Assembly (NCBI GenBank): GCA_021776925.1 | Contig: JAJFFB010000084.1 | Coordinates: 10,365-74,364 of the forward strand | Length of the DNA: 64,000 nucleotides | Source: Planctomycetota bacterium | Lineage (GTDB): Bacteria; Planctomycetota; UBA1135 | Direction of reading: 5' to 3' | In this document: piece by piece, positions 46,312-54,783 of the stretch | Layout: each line of letters starts with the position of its first letter | How positions within the stretch are numbered: position 1 is the first letter of the stretch | The notes under the pieces: generated by a model | The model's input: only the letters and a program-made list of their open reading frames with translations | Told to the model about the DNA's origin: nothing | Databases searched by the model: none | Position numbers and translations under genes: made by a program

Positions 46312-47558
46312 AACCCGTCACACGTCGTAACTTCCTCCTCCAGGCCGGCGCCCTCGGCGCGTCGATCCCGAGCCTGGCTTCCATCGGCGGTGCGCGCTGG
46401 TCGGGCGCCCTCGGCGGCGACGGTTCCGCCCTGGTGTGTATCTACCTGCGCGGTGGCGCCGACTGGCTCAACATGGTGGTGCCGTTCAAGGACAAGAATT
46501 ACCAAGCGGTGCGCCCGACCCTGGCCCTGGGCGAAGACGACGGCGTGATCGCAATCGATCGCAAGTGGGCGCTGCACCCGGCGCTGACGCCGCTGGCCGA
46601 ACTCTACAAGCAGAAGAGGTTCGCCCCTGTGGTGTGCGTGGGATCACCGCACACGACGCGCAGCCACTTCGACGCCCAGGATTTCATGGAATTCGGCGCT
46701 CCCGGCAACCGCACGGTGCGTTCGGGCTGGCTCAACCGTTACCTCGGCCGCAGTTCGACCGCCGAGAGTTCGGAGTTTCGGGCGATGGCGCTGCAGGAAC
46801 TGCTGCCGCGCTCTTTGCGCGGTGAGTACCCGGTGCTGGCGGTGCCCAGCGGGCTCGATCGCAAGAAGGGTTCCAGTACTCTTGATCGCTTCGAGGAGTT
46901 CTACGGCGACGGCATGCCCGCCGGCGGCGAAATGGAGGGCGAACGCACCGAGGACAATGATCCGGCTGGCATCGTGCGCAGCGGGCGGGTGACGATCGAG
47001 ACCTTGCGCCGTTACCAAGAGATCGTCACCAAGAGCAAGTCCGAGGTCGAATACCCGAAAAGCCGCTTCGGCGCCGGCATGCAGAACATTGCCAAGGTGC
47101 TGAAGGCCGGCGAAGGCATGGAGGTCGCTGGTCTGGATTACACCGGCTGGGATCACCACGCCGGACAGGGCGGCGCCGAAGGGCGCCAGGCCAACATGCT
47201 GCGTGACCTTGCCGGCTCGATTGCGAGCTTCGGCAAAGACCTCGGCCCGCGCCTCGATCAGACCTCGATCATTGTCATGACCGAGTTCGGCCGCACCGTG
47301 CGCGAGAACGGCAACAATGGCACCGACCACGGCCACGGCAGCGGGGTGTTCGTAATCGGCGGCGGCGTCAAGGGAGGCGAGGTGCACGGCAGCTGGCCGG
47401 GCCTGAAAGATGACGACCTCTACGAAGGCCGCGACCTGCAGGTCACCACCGACTTCCGCGACGTCTTCCATTCGGTGCTCGAGTCGACCTTCTCGTTCAA
47501 GGTCAAGAAGGGCTTCTTCCCTGACTACGCCTCGCGCAAGGTTTCCGGCCTCTACTGA
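46308..47558 (+). CDS. DUF1501 domain protein (sulfatase-fold, Tat signal)
   Basis: In-frame ATG 46308 (MKPVTRRNFLLQAGALGAS, twin-arginine-like signal). It has LRGGADWLNMVVP and TEFGRTVRENGNNGTDHGHG. Confidence 0.85.
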   Translation: MKPVTRRNFLLQAGALGASIPSLASIGGARWSGALGGDGSALVCIYLRGGADWLNMVVPFKDKNYQAVRPTLALGEDDGVIAIDRKWALHPALTPLAELYKQKRFAPVVCVGSPHTTRSHFDAQDFMEFGAPGNRTVRSGWLNRYLGRSSTAESSEFRAMALQELLPRSLRGEYPVLAVPSGLDRKKGSSTLDRFEEFYGDGMPAGGEMEGERTEDNDPAGIVRSGRVTIETLRRYQEIVTKSKSEVEYPKSRFGAGMQNIAKVLKAGEGMEVAGLDYTGWDHHAGQGGAEGRQANMLRDLAGSIASFGKDLGPRLDQTSIIVMTEFGRTVRENGNNGTDHGHGSGVFVIGGGVKGGEVHGSWPGLKDDDLYEGRDLQVTTDFRDVFHSVLESTFSFKVKKGFFPDYASRKVSGLY

Positions 47559-47581
47559 TCAGCCAATAGGCGCCGGCGGTT

Positions 47582-48097
47582 TCAACCGGTCAGCTGAGCC
47601 AGCGTGCTCGCGGCGATCAGCACGCAGCGCTGGCGGCTTGCGCTGGGCACGTGCAGCAGGCCCTCGGCGTCGCCGAGGCGGTCGAGGGCTTCGTCGAAAT
47701 CCAGATAAGCGGTGAGAATCCAGCCGCGCACCTCGCGCGCGTAGACCGAGGCCAGCATCCAGGCGTCCTCGCGCGAAGCGGCATCGCCCCAGGTCTCGAT
47801 GGTGATCGCCGACTGCGCACGGAAGCCGTGTTTGCTCAATTCGACCATCGCCGCTCGTGGGGCGGTGTTGGCCGGCCGCGCGCGCACCCTGACGTCGCGG
47901 ACGTCGCGGTCGAATTCGGCGTCGCCGTAGCTGTGGATGGCGGTCAGCCCGTCGGGAGAGATCGCCCCGGCCAGGCTGCTGCGGCTGATATCCAGCAGCA
48001 GACCGCGGAAACGGCTCGGATCGAGGGGGAGATCGGTAAGGAGGGTAGCGACAAGTTCCACCGGCTCTGCGAAGCTATCAGGCTCGCCCGCCGCCAC
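47582..48097 (-). CDS. Hypothetical protein (~171 aa), no recognisable family
   Basis: Only the C-terminal ~170 codons of the 47582..48643 ORF look protein-like (VELVATLLTDLPLDPSRF...ITIETWGDAASREDAWMLASVYAREVRGWILTAYLDFDEAL). Upstream the ORF is Arg-rich junk antisense to the hydrolase. Start candidates are GTG 48097, TTG 48100 or GTG 48061. Confidence 0.4.
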   Translation of the reverse strand: MAAGEPDSFAEPVELVATLLTDLPLDPSRFRGLLLDISRSSLAGAISPDGLTAIHSYGDAEFDRDVRDVRVRARPANTAPRAAMVELSKHGFRAQSAITIETWGDAASREDAWMLASVYAREVRGWILTAYLDFDEALDRLGDAEGLLHVPSASRQRCVLIAASTLAQLTG

Positions 48098-48102
48098 CAA
48101 CC

Positions 48103-48828
48103 ATGGTTCGCGACCTCGACACTCATCCTCCCGAACGGCTGTACCTTCCTGGACCGGCCGGGCGTCTGCACGCCACGCTGGAGCGCCCGCGCGCGGCACC
48201 GCGGGCCGGAGTGCTGCATCTGCATCCGCATCCGCTGCACGGGGGCAGCCGCCAGAACAACGTGGTGCGCTATGGCGCCTTGGGATCGCTGGCCGCCCAC
48301 TGCACAGCGCTGCGCATCGATTTTCGCGGCGTCGGGCGCAGCGACGGCAGTTACGACGAAGGCACCGGCGAGGTCGATGACGCCGCCGCGGCGCTGGAGT
48401 GGCTGGGCGGACAGTTCCCCGGCGTGCCGTTGTTCGTGTGGGGCTTCTCCTTCGGCTCCCGCGTCGGCCTCGACCTTGCCCTGCGCGCGGATGCCGGGCA
48501 CGGCACTGACGCCGCTGCCGCTGGCACTGCCGCTGCCAGTGAAGCTTCCGCTGCCGCTGCCGAAACCGTTGGCGCTGCCGAGCCGGCCGGCTACCTCGGC
48601 GTGGCGTGGCCGACCAATTTCTACGCCTGGCCCGAGACCACACCGTGGCCGCGGCGCAGCGCCTTCCTGGCCGGCAGCGACGACGAGTTCGTTAATCTCG
48701 AAGCGATGCAGCGCGCCCGCGACGAGGGCGCCGCGCTGCAAATCGTCGCCGGCGCCACCCATTTCTTCCACCACCGTCTCGACGCGGTCCGCGACTGGAC
48801 CCGCGCAACCCTGGAATCCTGGCTGTGA
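48103..48828 (+). CDS. Alpha/beta hydrolase (COG2945-like)
   Basis: LHLHPHPLHGGSRQNNVV, RIDFRGVGRSDGSYDEGTGEVDDAAAALEWL and the nucleophile elbow GFSFGS. It carries a low-complexity Ala-rich insertion (DAAAAGTAAASEASAAAAE). Confidence 0.75.
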   Translation: MVRDLDTHPPERLYLPGPAGRLHATLERPRAAPRAGVLHLHPHPLHGGSRQNNVVRYGALGSLAAHCTALRIDFRGVGRSDGSYDEGTGEVDDAAAALEWLGGQFPGVPLFVWGFSFGSRVGLDLALRADAGHGTDAAAAGTAAASEASAAAAETVGAAEPAGYLGVAWPTNFYAWPETTPWPRRSAFLAGSDDEFVNLEAMQRARDEGAALQIVAGATHFFHHRLDAVRDWTRATLESWL

Positions 48829-49220
48829 CCGAATACCCACGAGAACTGGCGCTACGCACCATACTGCTGCCGCGCGATACCAACGCCCAAGGCACCGTTT
48901 TTGGCGGTGTGATTCTGTCCCACATCGACCTCGCCGGTGTGGTGCAGGTGCGCAAGCTGAACCCGGCGCGGCGCTTCGTCACCGTGGCGATGGACGAAGT
49001 CATCTTCCACGAACCGGTCTTTGTCGGCGACCTGGTTTCCTTTTACACCCAGGTTGTTCATGTCGGCCGCACTTCGGCGAAGGCCCAGGTGTGTGTCTTC
49101 GTACAGCGCACCGACGACGCGGATGGTGAAGAGGTGCGCGTCACCGAGGCCGAAGTCACCTACGTCGCGGTCGACGAGAACCGGCGCCCGATCCCGGTGC
49201 TGCGGGCCTCGCAGCGCTGA
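48825..49220 (+). CDS. Acyl-CoA thioesterase, hotdog fold (YciA-like)
   Basis: GTGA overlap with the hydrolase stop. It has LPRDTNAQGTVFGGVILSHIDLAG and VTVAMDEVIFHEPVFVGDLV. Confidence 0.8.
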   Translation: MTEYPRELALRTILLPRDTNAQGTVFGGVILSHIDLAGVVQVRKLNPARRFVTVAMDEVIFHEPVFVGDLVSFYTQVVHVGRTSAKAQVCVFVQRTDDADGEEVRVTEAEVTYVAVDENRRPIPVLRASQR

Positions 49221-49233
49221 AGCCGAAGTCCGT

Positions 49234-50037
49234 TCAGCGGTGGAAAACCAGCGCCGTAAGGCTGAGCGCGCGCACCCGCTCGGCGATCTGCTCCAGACGC
49301 TCGAGCGGCACCGCCTCGGCCTCGGCCTCGTGGCTCGGCGGCCGGTCAAGGGTGTAGATCTCGACCTGGCGGATCTGGTCCTGGAAGCGTTCGAGGTGGC
49401 GCAGCCAGGCTTCGACCTCGACCTCGCTGGCGTTGTGCGCGGTGGGGGTGCGCACGAATAGCGACTGGATGACGAAAGAGTCGAGGTGGGACAGGCCCTC
49501 GAGGGTGCGTTCGAGCCCCCCCCGTGAAACGCGGTAGAGCGCCGCAAACCCGTCCGGGGTGCCGGTTTCGAGCTTGATCGCCGCTTCGTCGTAATAAGTC
49601 TGGATGGCTTCGAGCACGTCGCCGCTGAGCAGATGCATGCCGTTGGTCAGCAGGCCGATTTTGGTACCTGGTCCGAAGTGCTCATCGCGCGCCATCGCCA
49701 GGTGGCGGCTGAGGTGCAGGAATTCAGGATGCAGCGTCGGTTCACCATTGCCGGCCACGGTGATCTGGTCGGGCACGTCCTTGTCGCGGGCCAGCCGCGC
49801 GAATTCCTCGTCGAAGGCGCGGCGCAGATCGTGGACCGTAGGCACCTCACCCTTGCCCGCAGATTGCTGCGCGCGGGTGAAACCATATTGGCAATAAAGG
49901 CAGTCGAGCGAACACACCTTTTGATCGACCGGCAGCGGGTTCACCCCCAAGCTGCGGCCGTAGCGGCGCGAGTCGACCGGACCGTAGAGCCAACCGTCCT
50001 GAAGCGCGATGGGCATCCATTCAGGGATAGCCTCCAT
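49234..50037 (-). CDS. Radical SAM protein (small, single-cluster)
   Basis: CSLDCLYCQYG (C-x3-C-x2-C) and GNGEPTLHP (GGE-like motif). 267 aa, with no SPASM-type extra Cys clusters. Confidence 0.8.
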   Translation of the reverse strand: MEAIPEWMPIALQDGWLYGPVDSRRYGRSLGVNPLPVDQKVCSLDCLYCQYGFTRAQQSAGKGEVPTVHDLRRAFDEEFARLARDKDVPDQITVAGNGEPTLHPEFLHLSRHLAMARDEHFGPGTKIGLLTNGMHLLSGDVLEAIQTYYDEAAIKLETGTPDGFAALYRVSRGGLERTLEGLSHLDSFVIQSLFVRTPTAHNASEVEVEAWLRHLERFQDQIRQVEIYTLDRPPSHEAEAEAVPLERLEQIAERVRALSLTALVFHR

Positions 50038-50080
50038 GGGGGGATCTGTCCACCCCAGAACCGGCTAGACTGAGGCAGTC

Positions 50081-50734
50081 ATGTCCACCCTCAAGCTGTT
50101 TGAACTTGCTCCCTCGCCGAACAACGTCAAGGTCCGCGTGACTCTTGGCTACAAAGGCATCGACTACGAGAGCCACCCGGTCGATCCGATGAACCGGCAG
50201 GCAGCGATCGACGCCTACGGCGTTCCCTTGACCCCGGGCGTGGTGATGGGCGATTTCCGCCTTTACGACTCCGGCGCGATCATGCGCTGGCTGGACTGCA
50301 ATTTCGACGGGCCGCGCATCTACCCGAGCGACGCCGATGCCATGCGCGAGGTCGAGAGCTGGGAACGCTGGGGGCGTACCGGTCTGCTCGACGCTGCGGG
50401 GCCGGCCTTCGCCATGGCCTTCGGTCGCGAACCGCACGACCCGGCGGTCACCGACCTATGCCGCGAGGGCGTCACCGAAATCAGCCGCAAGCTGGAAGAC
50501 GCGCTCGATGGGCGCGAGTGGCTGGTCGGCGACAGCCTCAGCGGCGCCGACATCGTTGGCGCATCGCGCGCCGTCATGGTGTGTCCTCCGGACACTTTGC
50601 GGGATCAGGTCGCGGCTGCCGGCGTGCCGTTCTGGCCCTATTTCCATGAGCACGTCAGCGTTCAGGAAGAGCGCCCGCGCACCCGCGAGTGGGTCGGCCG
50701 GGTCATGGCCTACGACCGCTGGCTGCAGGCATGA
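50081..50734 (+). CDS. Glutathione S-transferase family protein
   Basis: The thioredoxin-like N-domain has SPNNVKVRV and LYDSGAIMRWL, followed by a helical C-domain. 217 aa. Confidence 0.65.
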   Translation: MSTLKLFELAPSPNNVKVRVTLGYKGIDYESHPVDPMNRQAAIDAYGVPLTPGVVMGDFRLYDSGAIMRWLDCNFDGPRIYPSDADAMREVESWERWGRTGLLDAAGPAFAMAFGREPHDPAVTDLCREGVTEISRKLEDALDGREWLVGDSLSGADIVGASRAVMVCPPDTLRDQVAAAGVPFWPYFHEHVSVQEERPRTREWVGRVMAYDRWLQA

Positions 50735-51911
50735 TGTTCTGAAAGCGCTGCCGGACCGCTGCTTCCTCGAGACCAAAGTCCTGCAATCGATAGGGGTGCG
50801 GACCGAAACTGTGCTGCGGTCGGTCGGCGATCAGGCGCTCAACACACTGGCGGTCGGCGCGGTCGAAGGGCAAGCCAAAGGCCTCATGAATCGCTTCCAC
50901 GGTTTGCAGCGGCCGGGTCACCCATTGGTCGTAGTGAAACTGCACGGCCGCATCCTCGCCAGCGTTCGCCAGCCACTCGCCCATGCGTTGTGCGCTGAGC
51001 GCGAGCATGTCCAGGTTCGCCGCACCCATGCGTAAATGGTCGATGCTGGTGCTGACCAGACTGTGCAAGGTGTGGAACAGGCTGTTGCAGCTCGCGGTCA
51101 CCACCACCGGATCGCGGTGGGTGATGACGATGCGCGCCTCGGGAACCGCCGCGGTCAGGGCAGCGAGGTGCGGGGCGTGGGCGGGAGCCTTCAACACCAG
51201 GCGCTGGTCTGGGGCCGCGGCCTGGAAGAACTGCAGGAACTGGCGGTATTCCTGGTAGGGCTGGGTGCCTTCTTGCTCGGTGAGCCAGGCAAGATAGGAG
51301 TAGGCCGGCTGCATGACCCAGTAGGCCACGCTGTGCATGCTCGGATTCAACAGCAGCATGCACTCCTCGGCGGCGTCGGCGCTGGTGAAGTGCTTGGCGT
51401 CGAGGCTGGGCGCAGCGGCTTTGACCATCTTCAGGTCCTTGACCGTGCCTCGGCGGCGGCGATCACGCCGCGGCGGGGGCAGCGGCTCGAGCAGCTCCCA
51501 CAGCTTTAGCGCGCGGGTGCCACGCGCCCGGCACAGCAGGCGGTGCATCCAGGTGGTGCCTGAGCGCGGCAGGCCGACTACGATCAGTGGCTGATGCAGG
51601 GGTTGCTGGCGCAGTTCGGGTCGCTGGCGCAACAGCTGCACCATGCGCAGGCGTGAAAGCAGCGCGGTGGTGATCTGCTGGCGGCAGGCGATGCGCCCGA
51701 ACAGGTTGAGCCGGGCGTCGTCCTGGACCGATGTGCACAGGCGCTCCAGGGCCGGTTCGAAGTAGGGGTCGCCGAAATCGGATAGGCCACTGCGCCGCAT
51801 CGCGCGCATTTTCAGGGCATCCGGCTCGATGCGCACCAAGCTGGACGCGTGGGCGGCGGTCAGCCGATTGAGGATGCGGACGGGCAGGCGGTGGTGGACG
51901 CGCTCGAGCAC
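50703..51911 (-). CDS. Sulfotransferase family protein
   Basis: The 5-prime-PSB loop is VVGLPRSGTTWMHRLL, with ITHRDPVVV further downstream. It converges on and overlaps the GST gene by 32 nt. Confidence 0.7.
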   Translation of the reverse strand: MLERVHHRLPVRILNRLTAAHASSLVRIEPDALKMRAMRRSGLSDFGDPYFEPALERLCTSVQDDARLNLFGRIACRQQITTALLSRLRMVQLLRQRPELRQQPLHQPLIVVGLPRSGTTWMHRLLCRARGTRALKLWELLEPLPPPRRDRRRRGTVKDLKMVKAAAPSLDAKHFTSADAAEECMLLLNPSMHSVAYWVMQPAYSYLAWLTEQEGTQPYQEYRQFLQFFQAAAPDQRLVLKAPAHAPHLAALTAAVPEARIVITHRDPVVVTASCNSLFHTLHSLVSTSIDHLRMGAANLDMLALSAQRMGEWLANAGEDAAVQFHYDQWVTRPLQTVEAIHEAFGLPFDRADRQCVERLIADRPQHSFGPHPYRLQDFGLEEAAVRQRFQNIMPAASGRRP

Positions 51912-51929
51912 GGGGTGACGGTATACGGG

Positions 51930-52862
51930 TCAGCGGATTGCCAGGACGCGGTCGCTTTCACGGCCGAAGCCCTCGATCAGGATCTGGTCCTGGTGAATGC
52001 GGACGATGGCGAAGCTGTTGTCGTGGGTGTCCACCATTCCTTTCAGGGTCACAAAGTGCAGGCCCTCGACCGCGCCGTAGGCACCGGCGTGATTGTGCCC
52101 GTTGAGGTAGAGCTTGACGCAGCGGTGCTCAACCAGGATGCGGCGCAGCTCGGCGGCGTTCCACAGTTCGTGCACCCCCTGCGGATGCACCGGGAAATGG
52201 CACATGACGATGACTTTGGCGCGCTCGGCGGCGGCGGCGCGCAGTTGTTGTTCGAGCCACCCCAGCTGCTCGGCGCCGGCGGCACCGTTCCAACGCGGCG
52301 CATCGAGCTGATGGTCCTGGTAGTAGTCCTCGGCCTGCTGGTAGCCCGGGGTTCCCTGCGGCTGGGCGTAGAAACTGATGTCGTTGCCGTCGAGCACGAT
52401 GAAGCGCCAGTCATGCAAGGACCAGGTGTAGTAGTTTTCGGTCAGGCCAAGCAGCTCAGGCACACGGCTCTTCCACTCGTCGGCGACCGAGTAATCGTGG
52501 TTGCCGAGCACGTGGCGCCCGGGGCTGCTCAGGCTGGCGAAGATCGGGTCGACGACGTCGAAGCTGGCGCGGCCTTGGTCGATGAAATCTCCGAGGTGGA
52601 CGACAAAGTCCAAGGGGTGGCGATTGAGCTCGGTCACTGCCTGGCGCAGCTTGTCGTCGGCCTGGCGGTAGTAACGCTGCCCGCCGTCTGGCTGGTTGGC
52701 GTACTGGCAGTCGGCGATGGCGCCAAAAAGGATTTCATGACGGGGACTTTGGCAGGAGGTCATGGCCAGCAGCAACGCCGCGAGGGTGGTCCCCACCCAG
52801 CGACGGGACCAGGGAGCGAGGACCGCCACCTGAGGGGACCAGGGAGCGAGGAGCGCCCCCAT
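51930..52862 (-). CDS. Metallophosphoesterase (ADP-ribose/CDP-alcohol diphosphatase-like), secreted or lipoprotein
   Basis: In-frame ATG 52862. The upstream part of the 570-aa track ORF overlaps the esterase gene in another frame. Motifs are FGAIADCQY, HLGDFID, GNHD and NGHNH. The N-terminus contains an in-frame duplication, LAPWSPQVAV/LAPWSRRWVG. Confidence 0.75.
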   Translation of the reverse strand: MGALLAPWSPQVAVLAPWSRRWVGTTLAALLLAMTSCQSPRHEILFGAIADCQYANQPDGGQRYYRQADDKLRQAVTELNRHPLDFVVHLGDFIDQGRASFDVVDPIFASLSSPGRHVLGNHDYSVADEWKSRVPELLGLTENYYTWSLHDWRFIVLDGNDISFYAQPQGTPGYQQAEDYYQDHQLDAPRWNGAAGAEQLGWLEQQLRAAAAERAKVIVMCHFPVHPQGVHELWNAAELRRILVEHRCVKLYLNGHNHAGAYGAVEGLHFVTLKGMVDTHDNSFAIVRIHQDQILIEGFGRESDRVLAIR

Positions 52863-52887
52863 GATGGTCCGAGAGGGGCGCACCAGA

Positions 52888-54099
52888 TCAGCGGATGAGG
52901 AAGGGGGTCGGTCCAGACTGGCTGAGCAGAACATCGACCTCGAGGGTGCCGGTGAGCGGATCCCAGCGGAAGTCGGGCCACGGCTGTCCGCCGCGCTCGA
53001 CTCGGTAGCTGTGGCCGGGGTCGAGGCCGCTGAGGCGGAAGGTCGCGTCAACCGTCTGGGCGAAGACGACTTCGAGGTCGGCGAAGACGTCGAGGCCGGC
53101 GCGCACGGTGTCGATGGTGATCGAGGCGGCGTTGGCGGTCTGCAGCTGCAGAGAGTTGGAGCCCGGACTGGGAATCGCGGCGACCTCGCGCCATTCCTGC
53201 TCGGCCGCGCCGCTGACTGACATCCACCACACGCTCTGATCCTCGTCGCTGCGGAAGAGGATGTCCGGCGGGTCGCCGCCAAGACGGAAATGGCTGAGGA
53301 AGTCGAGGGTGCGCGCGTTGTCACCCGGCAGCATGAAGTGCGCGCCGTTGTTCCAGTGGATGCCGTAGAAGGCCTGCGGCTGGAAGGAGTTGATCGCCGC
53401 CGCCAGATCGCGCGAGTGGTGCGGCGCAACGACGAAATCGAAACGCCCCTGGCCGATGGCGAAGGGCACGTGGCGCAGATTGGGAGCGTAGTGGATGGGG
53501 GAGCGGCGTTCGTACTCCCACGGGAACTGGCTCGGGGAGCCGCCGATCTCGGCGCGCATGTTGGCGCGGAAGCTGCCCCACCACAACTCATCCCAACCCT
53601 GGAACAGATCGGCCGGACCGAACCATTCGGCGGCGGCGGCAAAACGATCGGGGAACTTGGCCGCCATGATCGTCGTGGTCATGCCGCCCATCGAACCGCC
53701 AGTCAGGTAGATTCGCTGTGGATCGACGCTCCAATTGCCCTGCATGTGCGCCACCAGGTCCATGATGTCGGCCTGCGCCGCACGCGCGGCGAGAGCGTTC
53801 TGCCCGCTGAGGTCGTTTTCACCGTGCTGATCGGGCGCCGCGGCGAGCCAGCCGCGACCGTTGGCGGGTACCGAATAGGTGTTGATCGCCGACCAGCCGT
53901 CGCCGCCCATGCCGTGCAGGCAGATGACCAGCGGCCGCGGAGTGCCGTCGTAGCTGGCCGGTTCCATCACCACCGAGCGGGTGACCACGCCGTCGTAGCT
54001 CGACGGCAGCCATACCTCGCTGAAGGTCTGCGCGTTCAGGCCTGGGAGGGCCAGCAGCCAGAGGAAACAGGCAAGCAACAATCTGAGGGGTGTAGACAA
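52888..54099 (-). CDS. Secreted alpha/beta-fold esterase (PHB-depolymerase/feruloyl-esterase-like) with C-terminal beta-sandwich
   Basis: Signal peptide MSTPLRLLLACFLWLLALPGLNA, LVICLHGMGGDG, and the nucleophile elbow LTGGSMGGMTT. Confidence 0.7.
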   Translation of the reverse strand: MSTPLRLLLACFLWLLALPGLNAQTFSEVWLPSSYDGVVTRSVVMEPASYDGTPRPLVICLHGMGGDGWSAINTYSVPANGRGWLAAAPDQHGENDLSGQNALAARAAQADIMDLVAHMQGNWSVDPQRIYLTGGSMGGMTTTIMAAKFPDRFAAAAEWFGPADLFQGWDELWWGSFRANMRAEIGGSPSQFPWEYERRSPIHYAPNLRHVPFAIGQGRFDFVVAPHHSRDLAAAINSFQPQAFYGIHWNNGAHFMLPGDNARTLDFLSHFRLGGDPPDILFRSDEDQSVWWMSVSGAAEQEWREVAAIPSPGSNSLQLQTANAASITIDTVRAGLDVFADLEVVFAQTVDATFRLSGLDPGHSYRVERGGQPWPDFRWDPLTGTLEVDVLLSQSGPTPFLIR

Positions 54100-54251
54100 G
54101 GCGCACTCCTGGTTCAGGGTCCATCTACTTTACCCCATGGGCGGAAAGAGGTTGGAGCGGTCCCGGCGCCTCATTCCTGGCTTCAGATCAGGAGCCGGAC
54201 GGCCGATAGAGGGAAGTCAATCAGCTCTCTCGCTGTTTCGCGACCAGACTT

Positions 54252-54476
54252 ATGCCCGCTGAATCCTTGGACTGCACCGGCCTCGTCTTCCCGATGCCCA
54301 TCGTGAAGATCAGCCGCGCCATGCGTGAAATGAGTAACGGCCAGGTCCTGGTGGTGCGCGCGGATGACCCTGGTTTCCTCGAGGATCTGCGTTCGTGGGC
54401 CGGCATGACTGGAACCGAGATTCTTTCCTTCGCGGACGGCCAGGTCAAGGAAGTGCAGCTACGCCGGGCAGCCTGA
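54252..54476 (+). CDS. TusA/SirA-fold small protein lacking the canonical Cys-Pro active-site cysteine
   Basis: LDCTGLVFPMPIVKISRAMREM...GQVLVVRADDPGFLEDLRSWAGMTG matches the TusA layout. Phe (54288-54290) replaces the Cys of the C-P-x-P motif. Confidence 0.6.
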   Translation: MPAESLDCTGLVFPMPIVKISRAMREMSNGQVLVVRADDPGFLEDLRSWAGMTGTEILSFADGQVKEVQLRRAA

Positions 54477-54492
54477 GCGCGCAGCCCTTAAC

Positions 54493-54771
54493 ATGCGGGG
54501 CATGGCGCGAGCCACCCACTTCCAGCGCATTGAAGCCGTGGTCCGCAGAGGGCGGACCAGATATATGGTTGTGCATGGTGCCTTGTTGTGGGGCAGCATC
54601 ACCGCCATCGTCAGCGCCTTGCTGATGGGAGCCTTCAACGGCTGGGACAGCTTTCCTCGTACCCTCGGGTTCTCGCTGCTGATCTATCCGCTCGTCGGCC
54701 TGGCCTGGGGTGCGGTGATGTTCAGCGTCATCCAGCGCTATTACCAGCGCATGCGGTCGGGCTCGTCCTGA
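54493..54771 (+). CDS. Small membrane protein (two predicted TM helices)
   Basis: 92 aa with hydrophobic segments ALLWGSITAIVSALLMGAF and FSLLIYPLVGLAWGAVMFSVI. It is tightly spaced between the TusA-like and sulfatase genes. Confidence 0.4.
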   Translation: MRGMARATHFQRIEAVVRRGRTRYMVVHGALLWGSITAIVSALLMGAFNGWDSFPRTLGFSLLIYPLVGLAWGAVMFSVIQRYYQRMRSGSS

Positions 54772-54783
54772 TAGATTGGCGCC

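Noticed and set aside
47582-48643. The full 353-aa minus-strand ORF, and the 492-aa plus-strand ORF 47651..49129.
   Set aside because: The N-terminal ~180 codons of the minus ORF (RQRQRKLHWQRQCQRQRRQ...) are antisense to the alpha/beta hydrolase, so only the C-terminal ~171 codons were kept. The 492-aa plus ORF is out of frame with the hydrolase and thioesterase motifs.
49234-50037. The radical SAM protein as an anaerobic sulfatase-maturating enzyme for the 54784 sulfatase.
   Set aside because: It is only 267 aa with a single C-x3-C-x2-C cluster and no SPASM-type auxiliary cluster cysteines. It is also not adjacent to the sulfatase.
51930-53642. The 570-aa minus-strand ORF taken at face value.
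   Set aside because: Its N-terminal 260 codons overlap the esterase gene (52888..54099) in another frame and are Ser/Arg/Pro/Thr-rich junk. The metallophosphoesterase motifs begin after the in-frame ATG at 52862.
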